Shown here piece by piece: positions 11,130-19,436 of a DNA stretch of 64,000 bases (position 1 is the stretch's first letter; each line of letters starts with the position of its first letter). Both the position numbers and the translations under genes were made by a program. The notes under the pieces are model-generated. The model did not search any database. It was given only the letters and a program-made list of their open reading frames with translations, and was not told the origin of the DNA. This DNA is from Nitrosomonadales bacterium (GTDB lineage Bacteria > Pseudomonadota > Gammaproteobacteria > Burkholderiales > Gallionellaceae), in contig JACQFX010000017.1 in NCBI GenBank assembly GCA_016199835.1, forward strand, positions 18,577 through 82,576, in the 5' to 3' direction.

Positions 11130-12425
11130 ATGCTACGAGTGTTATCGAGGATATTTTTAGGGTTGGCCCTGGGCTTCATCCCGGCTGCGCAGGCCGGGTT
11201 GTTCGGCAGTCTCGCCAGCATGGCGGGTTCTTCCGGTAGCACTTCCGGCGATGCACCGCCCCCATTCGATCCCGCGCAACCTCCCGCCAGTCTGGCAGAA
11301 ACATTCGTCAAAACGTACGGGCTCGACAAGCTCAAGACCAAACGCGTGGCGATCACCAGTTTCGGGGTCGAGTTCAATCGCAAGGTTCATGTGAGCGTGA
11401 GCGACCGCAACATCATCACCGACACCTACAGCAACAACAAGACGGACTTTACGCTGGAAGGCGTGCCGGATGAGGTGATGCAGCGCGTCGCCGACCGGGC
11501 ATACGACCAGTTCGTCGCCGACCTCCAGCATGCCGGTTTTGAAGTGTTGCCGCAGGAAACCTTGCGTACCAACGAGGCATACCAGACGCTGATCAAGGGA
11601 GCCAAGGCGCAAGAGAAAACCAACATCGAATACAAAATCTCGAAGCGGTTCGACTACGACCACGATGTCTCGTCCACGGTGGTCGCCCCGCACGGACTCC
11701 AGTATTACGAACCGGAGATCGATGAAGACGAAGGGCGCGGCGCGGCGGGCGACAACATGCTGGGGGTGATCGGTAGCCTGGCCAAGAACGTGGGCGACAA
11801 GGCCGGCCGGAAGATACGCATGAATGAAGTGGAGGCGGCAAAATCCCTCGACGCGAACATACTCAAGGCGCGTTTCGTCGTCGGCTTCGGCGATGCCTCG
11901 GCAAGCACCGTGCAGCAGCACTCCATCCATACCGACTACCTCAGGGAAGAGGTCTCCCAGAAGCTGACCACGAGCAACAAGAACAGCGCGAAAAGCCGTT
12001 TGAGCATACTCGGCAGGGGCGAGTCCTACATTGCGTTCCGCACCGCAGAAGCCAGTCCCTATCACAAGGAGCGCACGACGGTACACGGCGGCAAGGGCGG
12101 GCTGTTGAGCAAAATGATGGTGGGAACCGAACACGATTCGCTGGACGGGAATGTGACGCTGTGGCTCGCCGAGTCGGTGGACTCCACCGACAGTTTCCTG
12201 GCGGACAAGGTCAAGGATGCGACGACTGCAAGCCAGGAAGCGGACAACAAATCCAGTTCCGGTTTCGCGGCGGCGACCGCCAAATTCGGGCAGTTTATCG
12301 GCTCATCGCAGAGCAAGAGTTTTGTCGCGCAAGCTGATCCGGACCTGTATGAATATCTGACTTCTGCTTATCTCGACGCGGTGCGCAAGATGTTTGTCGC
12401 CAAACTATCCGGCCAGGCAAAATAA
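11130..12425 (+). CDS. Hypothetical secreted protein (signal peptide, no recognised domain)
   Basis: 431-aa ORF with signal-like N-terminus MLRVLSRIFLGLALGFIPAAQA. It has its own promoter-like region and a strong terminator. I recognise no family. Confidence 0.6.
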   Translation: MLRVLSRIFLGLALGFIPAAQAGLFGSLASMAGSSGSTSGDAPPPFDPAQPPASLAETFVKTYGLDKLKTKRVAITSFGVEFNRKVHVSVSDRNIITDTYSNNKTDFTLEGVPDEVMQRVADRAYDQFVADLQHAGFEVLPQETLRTNEAYQTLIKGAKAQEKTNIEYKISKRFDYDHDVSSTVVAPHGLQYYEPEIDEDEGRGAAGDNMLGVIGSLAKNVGDKAGRKIRMNEVEAAKSLDANILKARFVVGFGDASASTVQQHSIHTDYLREEVSQKLTTSNKNSAKSRLSILGRGESYIAFRTAEASPYHKERTTVHGGKGGLLSKMMVGTEHDSLDGNVTLWLAESVDSTDSFLADKVKDATTASQEADNKSSSGFAAATAKFGQFIGSSQSKSFVAQADPDLYEYLTSAYLDAVRKMFVAKLSGQAK

Positions 12426-12473
12426 AGACAGCGGGTTAACCTCTACCGCTTCAATGCAAACACGGTTCGATGC

Positions 12474-12502
12474 GCGCCCGCTTTTTGCGGGCGCCTTGTT
12501 TT
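12474..12502 (+). terminator. Rho-independent terminator
   Basis: GCGCCCGC-TTTTT-GCGGGCGC stem-loop followed by CTTGTTTT. Confidence 0.75.
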
Positions 12503-12558
12503 GCGGTAACGCTACATAAATCAGCTAAAATGCCCGCACCCAATTTCGCAGACATCCC

Positions 12559-13830
12559 ATGGTTCCCCATCTCGCCACAGCTTTGAAAGGCCCGCTGCTC
12601 GATCTCGAACACCGCATTCTTAACGCGCAGCCCGCCATCGAGCACTGGTTCCGCACGCAATGGCAGGAGCACACGCCGCCGTTCTATTCTTCGGTAGACT
12701 TGCGCAATGCCGGCTTCAAGCTCGCACCGGTGGACACCAACCTGTTTCCCGGCGGTTTCAACAACCTCAATCCGGATTTCCTGCCGCTGTGCGTGCAGGC
12801 AGTGCAGAGCGCGGTCGAAAAAATATGTCCGGAGGCGCGCGGCGTGTTGCTGGTGCCGGAGAACCACACGCGCAACCAGTTCTATTTGCAGAACGTCGCG
12901 CAGCTCGCGCTGATACTCAAGCAGGCCGGACTGAACACGCGCATCGGCAGCCTGCTGCCGGAGATCACGGCACCCACCACGCTGCAATTGCCCGGCGGCA
13001 GCTCGCTCACGCTGGAGCCGCTGCAGCGCAACGGCAACCGCCTCGGTGTGGAAGGCTTCGATCCCTGCGTGGTGCTGCTCAACAACGATTTGTCTGCGGG
13101 CGTACCTGAGATATTAAAAGGGCTGGAGCAGACCGTGTTGCCGCCGCTGCACGGGGGCTGGACCACGCGGCGCAAATCGCGCCACTTCACCGCATATGAC
13201 CGCATCGCCGATGATTTCGCCGCGTTGATCGGCATAGACCCGTGGCTCATCAACCCGTATTTCGCCACCTGCGGCAAGGTGGATTTCCATTCGCGCACGG
13301 GCGAGGATTGCCTCGCCTCGCATGTGGAAGCCGTACTGCACAAGACCCACGCGAAATACGTCGAGTACGGCGTCAAGGAAGCCCCTTTCGTCATCGTCAA
13401 GGCCGATGCGGGCACTTACGGCATGGGCATCATGACGGTGAAGGACGCCGACGAAGTGCGCGACCTCAACCGCAAACAGCGCAACAAGATGGCCGTGGGC
13501 AAGGAAGGGCTGCAGGTGCAGGAGGTGCTGGTGCAGGAAGGCGTCTACACCTTCGAGCGCATCACCGAAGCCGTGGCCGAGCCGGTGATCTACATGATAG
13601 ATCGCTATGTGGTGGGCGGCTTCTATCGCGTCCATACCGGGCGCGGCGTGGACGAGAACCTCAACGCGCCGGGCATGCATTTCGAGCCGCTCGCGTTCGA
13701 GCAGTGCTGCAGCCTGCCCAATCCCGATTGCGCGCCGGATGATGTGCCCAACCGTTTCTATGCCTACGGCGTGGTGGCGCGACTGGCGATGCTGGCGGCG
13801 GCGGCGGAACTGGAAGAAATGCAGCAATGA
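12559..13830 (+). CDS. gshA: Glutamate--cysteine ligase (T. ferrooxidans/betaproteobacterial GshA family)
   Basis: 423 aa. The N-terminal FYSSVDLRNAGFKLAPVDTNLFPGGFNNL and overall layout match the short proteobacterial GshA family as I recall it. Confidence 0.75.
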   Translation: MVPHLATALKGPLLDLEHRILNAQPAIEHWFRTQWQEHTPPFYSSVDLRNAGFKLAPVDTNLFPGGFNNLNPDFLPLCVQAVQSAVEKICPEARGVLLVPENHTRNQFYLQNVAQLALILKQAGLNTRIGSLLPEITAPTTLQLPGGSSLTLEPLQRNGNRLGVEGFDPCVVLLNNDLSAGVPEILKGLEQTVLPPLHGGWTTRRKSRHFTAYDRIADDFAALIGIDPWLINPYFATCGKVDFHSRTGEDCLASHVEAVLHKTHAKYVEYGVKEAPFVIVKADAGTYGMGIMTVKDADEVRDLNRKQRNKMAVGKEGLQVQEVLVQEGVYTFERITEAVAEPVIYMIDRYVVGGFYRVHTGRGVDENLNAPGMHFEPLAFEQCCSLPNPDCAPDDVPNRFYAYGVVARLAMLAAAAELEEMQQ

Positions 13831-14894
13831 TACGTTCCAGCCGTTCGCTGTTGCTCGCAATAGCCTTTCTGCTCTCTGCCTGCGGCAACAAAGAGCTGAC
13901 CACCTACGAAGAGCAAGGCTACGTGTTCGGCACGCTGGTGGAAGTCAGCGTATATGGCGAGGAGGATGCCAAAGCCCGGCAGGCAGTCAATGTGGTGATG
14001 CGTGAATTCCAGCGCCTGCACGATTTGCTGCATGCATGGAAGCCATCGGAATTGAGTTCATTGAATGCGGCCATCGCCAAGGGCGAGAGCCGCGAGATGC
14101 AGCCTGAAGTGGTTGCCATGCTGAAGGATGCCGGGCAGCTTTCAGCACAAGGAGACGGTTTGTTCAATCCGGCTATCGGCGGATTGATCAAGCTGTGGGG
14201 ATTCCAGGCCGACGAATTCAAGTCGGCGCTGCCGGATGAAAAATCCATCGCGGCGCTGGTGGCGGCAAAACCGCAGATGAGCGATCTCGCCCTCTCTCCC
14301 AGCCCCGCTCCCGCGAGCGGGAGAGGAGAGTTGGTAGGCAGCCGCAACAAGGCCGTGCTGCTCGACCTTGGCGGCTATGCCAAAGGCTACGCGCTGGATC
14401 GCGCGGCAGAGTTGCTGAAACAGCAGGGTGTACACAATGCGCTGATAAATATCGGCGGCAACGTGCTGGCCATGGGACAGCATGGCGACCGCGCCTGGCG
14501 CATCGGCATCCAGCATCCGCGCAAGCCGGGGCCGATCGCCACACTGGAGTTGCACGACGGCGAGGCCATCGGCACCTCGGGCGATTATCAGCGTTTCTTT
14601 GAATATGGCGGCAAACGCTACTGCCATCTGATCGATCCGCGCAGCGGCTATCCGGCGCAGGGCGTGCAGGCGGTCACCATTCTGACCCATGGCGCGCGCG
14701 CCGGAACCTTGTCGGACGCGGGTTCCAAGCCGCTGTTCATTTCCGGCAGCGCGGGCTGGCGTGAAATGGCGCGCAGGATGAATCTGAATGAGGCGCTGCT
14801 GATAGACGGCGAGGGTGTGGTGCATCTCACCGCCGCGATGCAGAAACGGCTAGAATTCACGGAGCCCGCCACCATCAGGAAGGTCGAGCCATGA
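13827..14894 (+). CDS. apbE: FAD:protein FMN transferase ApbE (lipoprotein)
   Basis: Lipobox LLSAC, then ApbE motifs LDLGGYAKGYALD, GTSGDYQRFF and HLIDPRSGYP. ATGA overlap with the gshA stop. Confidence 0.9.
   Translation: MIRSSRSLLLAIAFLLSACGNKELTTYEEQGYVFGTLVEVSVYGEEDAKARQAVNVVMREFQRLHDLLHAWKPSELSSLNAAIAKGESREMQPEVVAMLKDAGQLSAQGDGLFNPAIGGLIKLWGFQADEFKSALPDEKSIAALVAAKPQMSDLALSPSPAPASGRGELVGSRNKAVLLDLGGYAKGYALDRAAELLKQQGVHNALINIGGNVLAMGQHGDRAWRIGIQHPRKPGPIATLELHDGEAIGTSGDYQRFFEYGGKRYCHLIDPRSGYPAQGVQAVTILTHGARAGTLSDAGSKPLFISGSAGWREMARRMNLNEALLIDGEGVVHLTAAMQKRLEFTEPATIRKVEP
14285..14335 (+). repeat. GC-rich hairpin-forming in-frame insert inside apbE (encodes LSPSPAPASGRGE)
   Basis: CTCCC-GCGAGC-GGGAG core with CTCTC/GAGAG outer arms. 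Encodes a Pro/Gly-rich peptide just before the conserved LDLGG block. Confidence 0.4.
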
Positions 14895-14964
14895 ATACAC
14901 TGGAACAGGATCGCATCAAGCGCAGCGTGCAGCGCACGGCAGGCGTTATTTGGGAGTCATCTGA

Positions 14965-15393
14965 GTGATAGGAATTTTATTGATAACGCATAACGGCCTG
15001 GGTGACAGTCTGGCGGATTGCATAAAGCATGTGATGGGTAGTGTGCCGGACAACCTCAAGACTTTGTCGGTGCTGGCAAGCGATGATCCGCAACTCAAGG
15101 AAGACGAGGCGCGCGCTTTGATCGCGCAACTTGATACGGGCGAAGGCGTGCTGTTATTGTCTGACTTGTTCGGCTCGACGCCATGCAACATCGCGCGGCG
15201 GTTATGCCAGCCGGGTCGGGTGGAGGGGCTGGCCGGGGTGAGCCTGCCCATGCTGCTGCGCGCTGTATGCCACAGCGGCAAGCCGCTGCAAGAGGTCATG
15301 CAGAAAGCGCTGGAGAGCGGGCGCCAGTGCATGATGGATATCAATTCTGAATCGGGAAGCTGCGATGTTGCAACAGGATGCACTGATTATTAA
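14965..15393 (+). CDS. PTS EIIA component, mannose/fructose family
   Basis: MIGILLITHNGLGDSL with the phosphorylatable His in the ITH context. GTG start. Followed by HPr and EI. Confidence 0.85.
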   Translation: MIGILLITHNGLGDSLADCIKHVMGSVPDNLKTLSVLASDDPQLKEDEARALIAQLDTGEGVLLLSDLFGSTPCNIARRLCQPGRVEGLAGVSLPMLLRAVCHSGKPLQEVMQKALESGRQCMMDINSESGSCDVATGCTDY

Positions 15394-15634
15394 CAAGCTG
15401 GGGCTGCATGCGCGCGCCTCGGCCAAACTGACCCAGACAGCTTCGCAGTATCCCTGCGAAGTATGGCTGTCGCGCAATGGTCGCCGCGTGAACGCGAAAA
15501 GCATCATGGGCGTAATGATGCTGGCCGCAGCCAAGGGCGCGACCATCAATGTCGAGACCAGCGGCGAACAGGAACAGGAAGCGATGCATGCCTTGATAGC
15601 GCTTATCAACGATTATTTCGGGGAAGGCGAATGA
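15365..15634 (+). CDS. ptsH: Phosphocarrier protein HPr/NPr
   Basis: 89 aa with the INKLGLHARASAKL active-site His motif. Confidence 0.92.
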   Translation: MLQQDALIINKLGLHARASAKLTQTASQYPCEVWLSRNGRRVNAKSIMGVMMLAAAKGATINVETSGEQEQEAMHALIALINDYFGEGE

Positions 15635-17358
15635 ATTTCACCCTGCACGGCATCGCGGTTTCCAGCGGCATCGCCATCGGCCATGCCCACCTGCTGTCGC
15701 ACACCGCGCTGGAAGTGGTGCATTACGTGCTGCCCAAGCAATTCATCGCGGCCGAGGTTGCGCGCTTTGATGCCGCGCTGGAAAGCACGCGGCAGGAACT
15801 GGCCGCATTGCGCGGCAGCCGCCCGCAGCAAGCCGCCGCCGAGTTCGATGCTTTTCTCGACCTGCATCTGATGATCCTGGACGATGAGCACATCAGCCGC
15901 GCACCGCGCGCGATGATAGAACGCGAGCATTGCAATGCGGAATGGGCGCTCAAGGTGCAGATGGATGATCTGGTCGCGCATTTTGAGGCCTTCGAGGATG
16001 CCTACCTGCGCGAACGCAAGACCGACGTGGTGCAGGTAGTGGAGCGCGTGCTCAAGACGCTCACCGGCCAGCCCGGCCACGTGCCGCCCCCGCCCCAGCA
16101 CGACGGCAACATGATATTGGTGGCGCACGATGTCAGCCCGGCAGACCTGATCCAGCTCAAGCCGCACCAGTTCTCCGCCATCCTCACCGACCTGGGTGGC
16201 GCCACTTCGCATACCGCCATCATCGCGCGCGGCTTGAATACGCCGTGCGTGGTCGGATTACACCACGCACGCGAATTGCTGCGCGAAAATGACCTGCTCA
16301 TCGTGGATGGCGAGCTGGGCGTCATCATCGTCAATCCGGACAAACAGATACTCACCGAATACCGGCTGCGTCAGGATCAGTTCGGCCTGGAGCGCAAAAA
16401 ACTCCGGCGGCTTAAAGCCACCCAGGCGACCACGCTGGACGGCACGACCATCGAGTTGCATGCCAACATCGAGTTGCCGCACGATTTGCCCGAGGTGAAA
16501 GAGAACGGCGCCACCGGGATAGGCCTGTTCCGCAGCGAATTCCTGTTTCTCAACCGCGATGAATTGCCGGACGAGGAAGAGCAGTTCGAAGCCTACCGCG
16601 CGGTGGCCGAAGGCATGGAAGGTCTGCCGGTCACCATCCGCACTTTCGATCTCGGTGCGGACAAACAACTCAACAACGCCAAGCGCGTGGCCAGCAATCC
16701 CGCGCTGGGTCTGCGCGCCATACGCCTGTGCCTGGCCGAGCCGCAACTGTTTCGCACCCAATTGCGCGCGCTGCTGCGCGCTTCGCACTATGGCAATGTG
16801 AAGATACTGGTACCCATGCTCTCCGGCGTGGCGGAAATCAGCCAGACGCTGCAATTCATCAATTCGGTCAAACAAAAACTCGATGCGGAAGGCATACCCT
16901 ACAACCGCTCGGTGCCGATCGGCGGCATGGTCGAGATCCCGGCTGCTGCGCTCGCGCTCAACGCCTTCACCAAGAAACTGGATTTCCTTTCCATCGGCAC
17001 CAACGACCTGATCCAGTACACGCTGGCGATAGACCGCACCGACGAGGAAGTCGCCAGTTTGTATGATCCCTTGCATCCGGCCGTGCTGTATCTGCTGGCA
17101 CATGTCATCGGCAGCGCAAACAAGGCCGGCATCCCGGTCTCGGTGTGCGGCGAAATGGCTGGCGAGCTGGTCTATACGCGCTTGTTGCTCGGTCTTGGGC
17201 TGCGCCAGTTTTCCATGAACACGGCACAGTTGCTGGCCGCCAAGCAGCGCGTGCTCACCACCAGTCTGCCGGAACTCGCTACGCTCACGCAGAAGATACT
17301 GCGCGCGGACGATCCGCTGAAAATACACGAACTGCTGGCCAAGCTGAACGCGGCGTAG
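15631..17358 (+). CDS. ptsI: Phosphoenolpyruvate-protein phosphotransferase (PTS enzyme I)
   Basis: The ATG at 15631 forms an ATGA overlap with the ptsH stop. Motifs GGATSHTAIIARGL (active His), GLFRSEFLF and GTNDLIQY. The 56 upstream codons of the listed ORF overlap ptsH and were discarded. Confidence 0.93.
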   Translation: MNFTLHGIAVSSGIAIGHAHLLSHTALEVVHYVLPKQFIAAEVARFDAALESTRQELAALRGSRPQQAAAEFDAFLDLHLMILDDEHISRAPRAMIEREHCNAEWALKVQMDDLVAHFEAFEDAYLRERKTDVVQVVERVLKTLTGQPGHVPPPPQHDGNMILVAHDVSPADLIQLKPHQFSAILTDLGGATSHTAIIARGLNTPCVVGLHHARELLRENDLLIVDGELGVIIVNPDKQILTEYRLRQDQFGLERKKLRRLKATQATTLDGTTIELHANIELPHDLPEVKENGATGIGLFRSEFLFLNRDELPDEEEQFEAYRAVAEGMEGLPVTIRTFDLGADKQLNNAKRVASNPALGLRAIRLCLAEPQLFRTQLRALLRASHYGNVKILVPMLSGVAEISQTLQFINSVKQKLDAEGIPYNRSVPIGGMVEIPAAALALNAFTKKLDFLSIGTNDLIQYTLAIDRTDEEVASLYDPLHPAVLYLLAHVIGSANKAGIPVSVCGEMAGELVYTRLLLGLGLRQFSMNTAQLLAAKQRVLTTSLPELATLTQKILRADDPLKIHELLAKLNAA

Positions 17359-17417
17359 CTGCCATGCAATGTCAAAGCGTGCGATTGACATCCTCGATCA
17401 AAACCCGGAAACTTCGT

Positions 17418-17515
17418 CCCGTGCCGATTTGAGCTCAGCTTGCGGGGCACGTTAAACATACCAGCTAAAGCGTACAACCCGTTTTGGCGCAAGCTGAGCG
17501 GGTTTTGTATTTTCG
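17418..17515 (+). promoter_or_regulatory. Candidate SAM-II (SAM-alpha/metA-motif)-like riboswitch plus terminator-like hairpin in the metX leader
   Basis: P1 pairs CGUGCC (17420-25) with GGCACG (17446-51). Loop UUUGAGCU (17428-35) can pair with downstream AGCUAAA (17463-69) to give an H-type pseudoknot. An 11-bp alternative pairing joins 17433-43 to 17489-99. AACCCG/CGGGUU hairpin is followed by UUUUGUAUUUU (17476-17513). Motif assignment is from memory only. Confidence 0.35.
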
Positions 17516-17524
17516 GGAATCGAA

Positions 17525-18658
17525 TTGAACACATCGGTCGGTATCGTCTACGCGCAGCGCGCAATCTTCGACACGCCGCTCACCTTCAGGAGCGGCGCCG
17601 TGCTGCCGCGCTACGAATTGGTGTATGAAACTTACGGCACATTGAACGCCGACAAGTCCAATGCCATCCTGGTATGTCACGCGCTGTCCGGCCACCATCA
17701 CGTTGCGGGCCATTACGCCGATGCGCCGGAGAACGTGGGCTGGTGGGACAACATGATCGGCCCCGGCAGACCCGTCGACACCGATAAATTCTTCGTCATC
17801 GGCCTGAATAATCTCGGCGGCTGCCACGGCTCCACCGGACCTTCCAGCATCAACCCGGAAACCGGCAAGCCTTATGGCGCAAGTTTTCCGGTGGTGACCG
17901 TGGAAGACTGGGTCGAGTCGCAGGCACGGCTCGCCGATCTGCTCGGCATCACACAATTCGCCGCCGTGATGGGCGGCAGCCTGGGCGGGATGCAGGCCAT
18001 GCAATGGTCGCTGTCGCATCCTGAACGCGTGCGCCATGTGCTGGCGATTGCGACTGCGCCGCATCTGACGGCAGAGAACATCGCATTCAACGACGTGGCG
18101 CGCAACGCCATCCTGACCGACCCCGATTTCCACGGCGGCGATTTCTATCAGCATGGCGTGGTGCCTACGCGCGGCCTGCGTCTGGCGCGCATGCTGGGTC
18201 ACATCACCTATCTGTCCGACGATGCAATGGCGGACAAGTTCGGGCGCAGCCTGCGCGCGGGCAAGCTCGGTTACAACTACGGTATCGAGTTCGAGATCGA
18301 ATCCTACCTGCGCTATCAGGGAGACAAGTTCGCAGCCTATTTCGACGCCAACACCTATCTGCTGATGACCAAGGCGCTGGATTATTTCGACCCGGCACGC
18401 GAATTCAAGGGCAGTCTGGACAAGGCGTTTGCCGTTTCACGCGCGGACTTCCTGGTGCTGTCGTTCACTACCGACTGGCGTTTCTCGCCCGATCGTTCGC
18501 GCGAGATTGTGCAGACACTGCTGCACAATCATCTGAACGTAAGTTATGCCGAGATCGCCTCGACGCACGGGCATGACTCGTTCCTGATGGAGCATGAGCA
18601 TTATCACGAAGTGATGCGTGTATATCTCGACAGAATCGCGAAGGAATTTTCCGCATGA
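17525..18658 (+). CDS. metX: Homoserine O-acyltransferase MetX (acetyl- or succinyl-transferring)
   Basis: Alpha/beta hydrolase MetX motifs: [26 protein letters not shown] (nucleophile Ser), HGHDSFL. TTG start as listed. Confidence 0.92.
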   Translation: MNTSVGIVYAQRAIFDTPLTFRSGAVLPRYELVYETYGTLNADKSNAILVCHALSGHHHVAGHYADAPENVGWWDNMIGPGRPVDTDKFFVIGLNNLGGCHGSTGPSSINPETGKPYGASFPVVTVEDWVESQARLADLLGITQFAAVMGGSLGGMQAMQWSLSHPERVRHVLAIATAPHLTAENIAFNDVARNAILTDPDFHGGDFYQHGVVPTRGLRLARMLGHITYLSDDAMADKFGRSLRAGKLGYNYGIEFEIESYLRYQGDKFAAYFDANTYLLMTKALDYFDPAREFKGSLDKAFAVSRADFLVLSFTTDWRFSPDRSREIVQTLLHNHLNVSYAEIASTHGHDSFLMEHEHYHEVMRVYLDRIAKEFSA

Positions 18659-19269
18659 GCGCGCACGATCCTGCCGAACTCGCCGCCGCGCGCCCGGACT
18701 TCGCCGCCATCGCGGCATGGATACCCGAAGGCGCGTCCGTGCTCGACCTCGGCTGCGGCGACGGCAGCCTGTTGCGCCACCTGAAAGAGACTCGCAAGGT
18801 GCGCGGCTACGGTGTGGAAATCAGCGACGAGAATATTGTCGCCTGCATCAGGAATGGCGTAAACGTAATCCAGGGCGATCTGGATTCTGGCTTGTCAGGT
18901 TTCGAGACGCTGGCGTTCGATTACGTCATCCTGTCACAGACGCTGCAAGCCACGCGCCACACCGAAGCACTGGTGCGCGAAATCCTGCGCGTAGGTAGTG
19001 CAGGCATCGTCAGTTTCCCCAACTTCGGTCACTGGAAAGCCCGCCTCAACGTGTTGCGCGGCCACATGCCGGTGTCGGAGGAGCTGCCCTATCAATGGTA
19101 CGACACGCCCAACGTGCACCTGTGTACCTTGCACGACTTCGAGGACTTCTGCACCAAATGCCAGGTGCAAATTCTGGAACGCCGCGTGATGACTGACGGT
19201 ATCGAAGTGAATCTGCTGCCGAATCTGCTGGGCAGCATGGCGGTGTATCGGTTCAAGCGCGCGGGATAA
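18655..19269 (+). CDS. metW: Methionine biosynthesis protein MetW
   Basis: SAM-methyltransferase-like [12 protein letters not shown] motif. Overlaps the metX stop by 4 nt, giving the classical metXW pair. Confidence 0.92.
   Translation: MSAHDPAELAAARPDFAAIAAWIPEGASVLDLGCGDGSLLRHLKETRKVRGYGVEISDENIVACIRNGVNVIQGDLDSGLSGFETLAFDYVILSQTLQATRHTEALVREILRVGSAGIVSFPNFGHWKARLNVLRGHMPVSEELPYQWYDTPNVHLCTLHDFEDFCTKCQVQILERRVMTDGIEVNLLPNLLGSMAVYRFKRAG
19186..19269 (+). repeat. Direct repeat copy 1 (functional 3' end of metW)
   Basis: 84 nt match 20782-20865 at 79/84 positions, with the stop codon at the same relative position. Confidence 0.9.
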
Positions 19270-19308
19270 GGTTCCGCTGCATAAGTAATCTTCTGGCATG
19301 CGAAGACT

Positions 19309-19340
19309 AAAACGGGGAAGCGGCAACGCTTCCCCGTTTT
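19309..19340 (+). terminator. Rho-independent terminator after metW
   Basis: Perfect 14-bp stem AAAACGGGGAAGCG-GCAA-CGCTTCCCCGTTTT. Confidence 0.85.
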
Positions 19341-19436
19341 CCGGATTTCTAAATTCTCACCTTGCCTTGTTTTAGTTTTTGCGTAAAATATAAAAAACAG
19401 ATCGGGCTTATTTTAATTCAGGGAAAAGGCGTTCCG

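Noticed and set aside
16258-17391. 377-aa ORF antisense to ptsI, plus similar long antisense ORFs at 11157-12134, 13114-13860, 26654-27643, 45506-46885, 52437-53348 and 60037-61065
   Set aside because: Each is fully contained in a gene with strong family motifs on the other strand and shows no motifs of its own. This is an expected artefact of stop-codon-poor GC-rich sequence.
17370-17392. Hairpin ATGTCAA-N9-TTGACAT just after the ptsI stop
   Set aside because: The stem is only 7 bp and AT-rich, and no T-tract follows. It is not convincing as a terminator.
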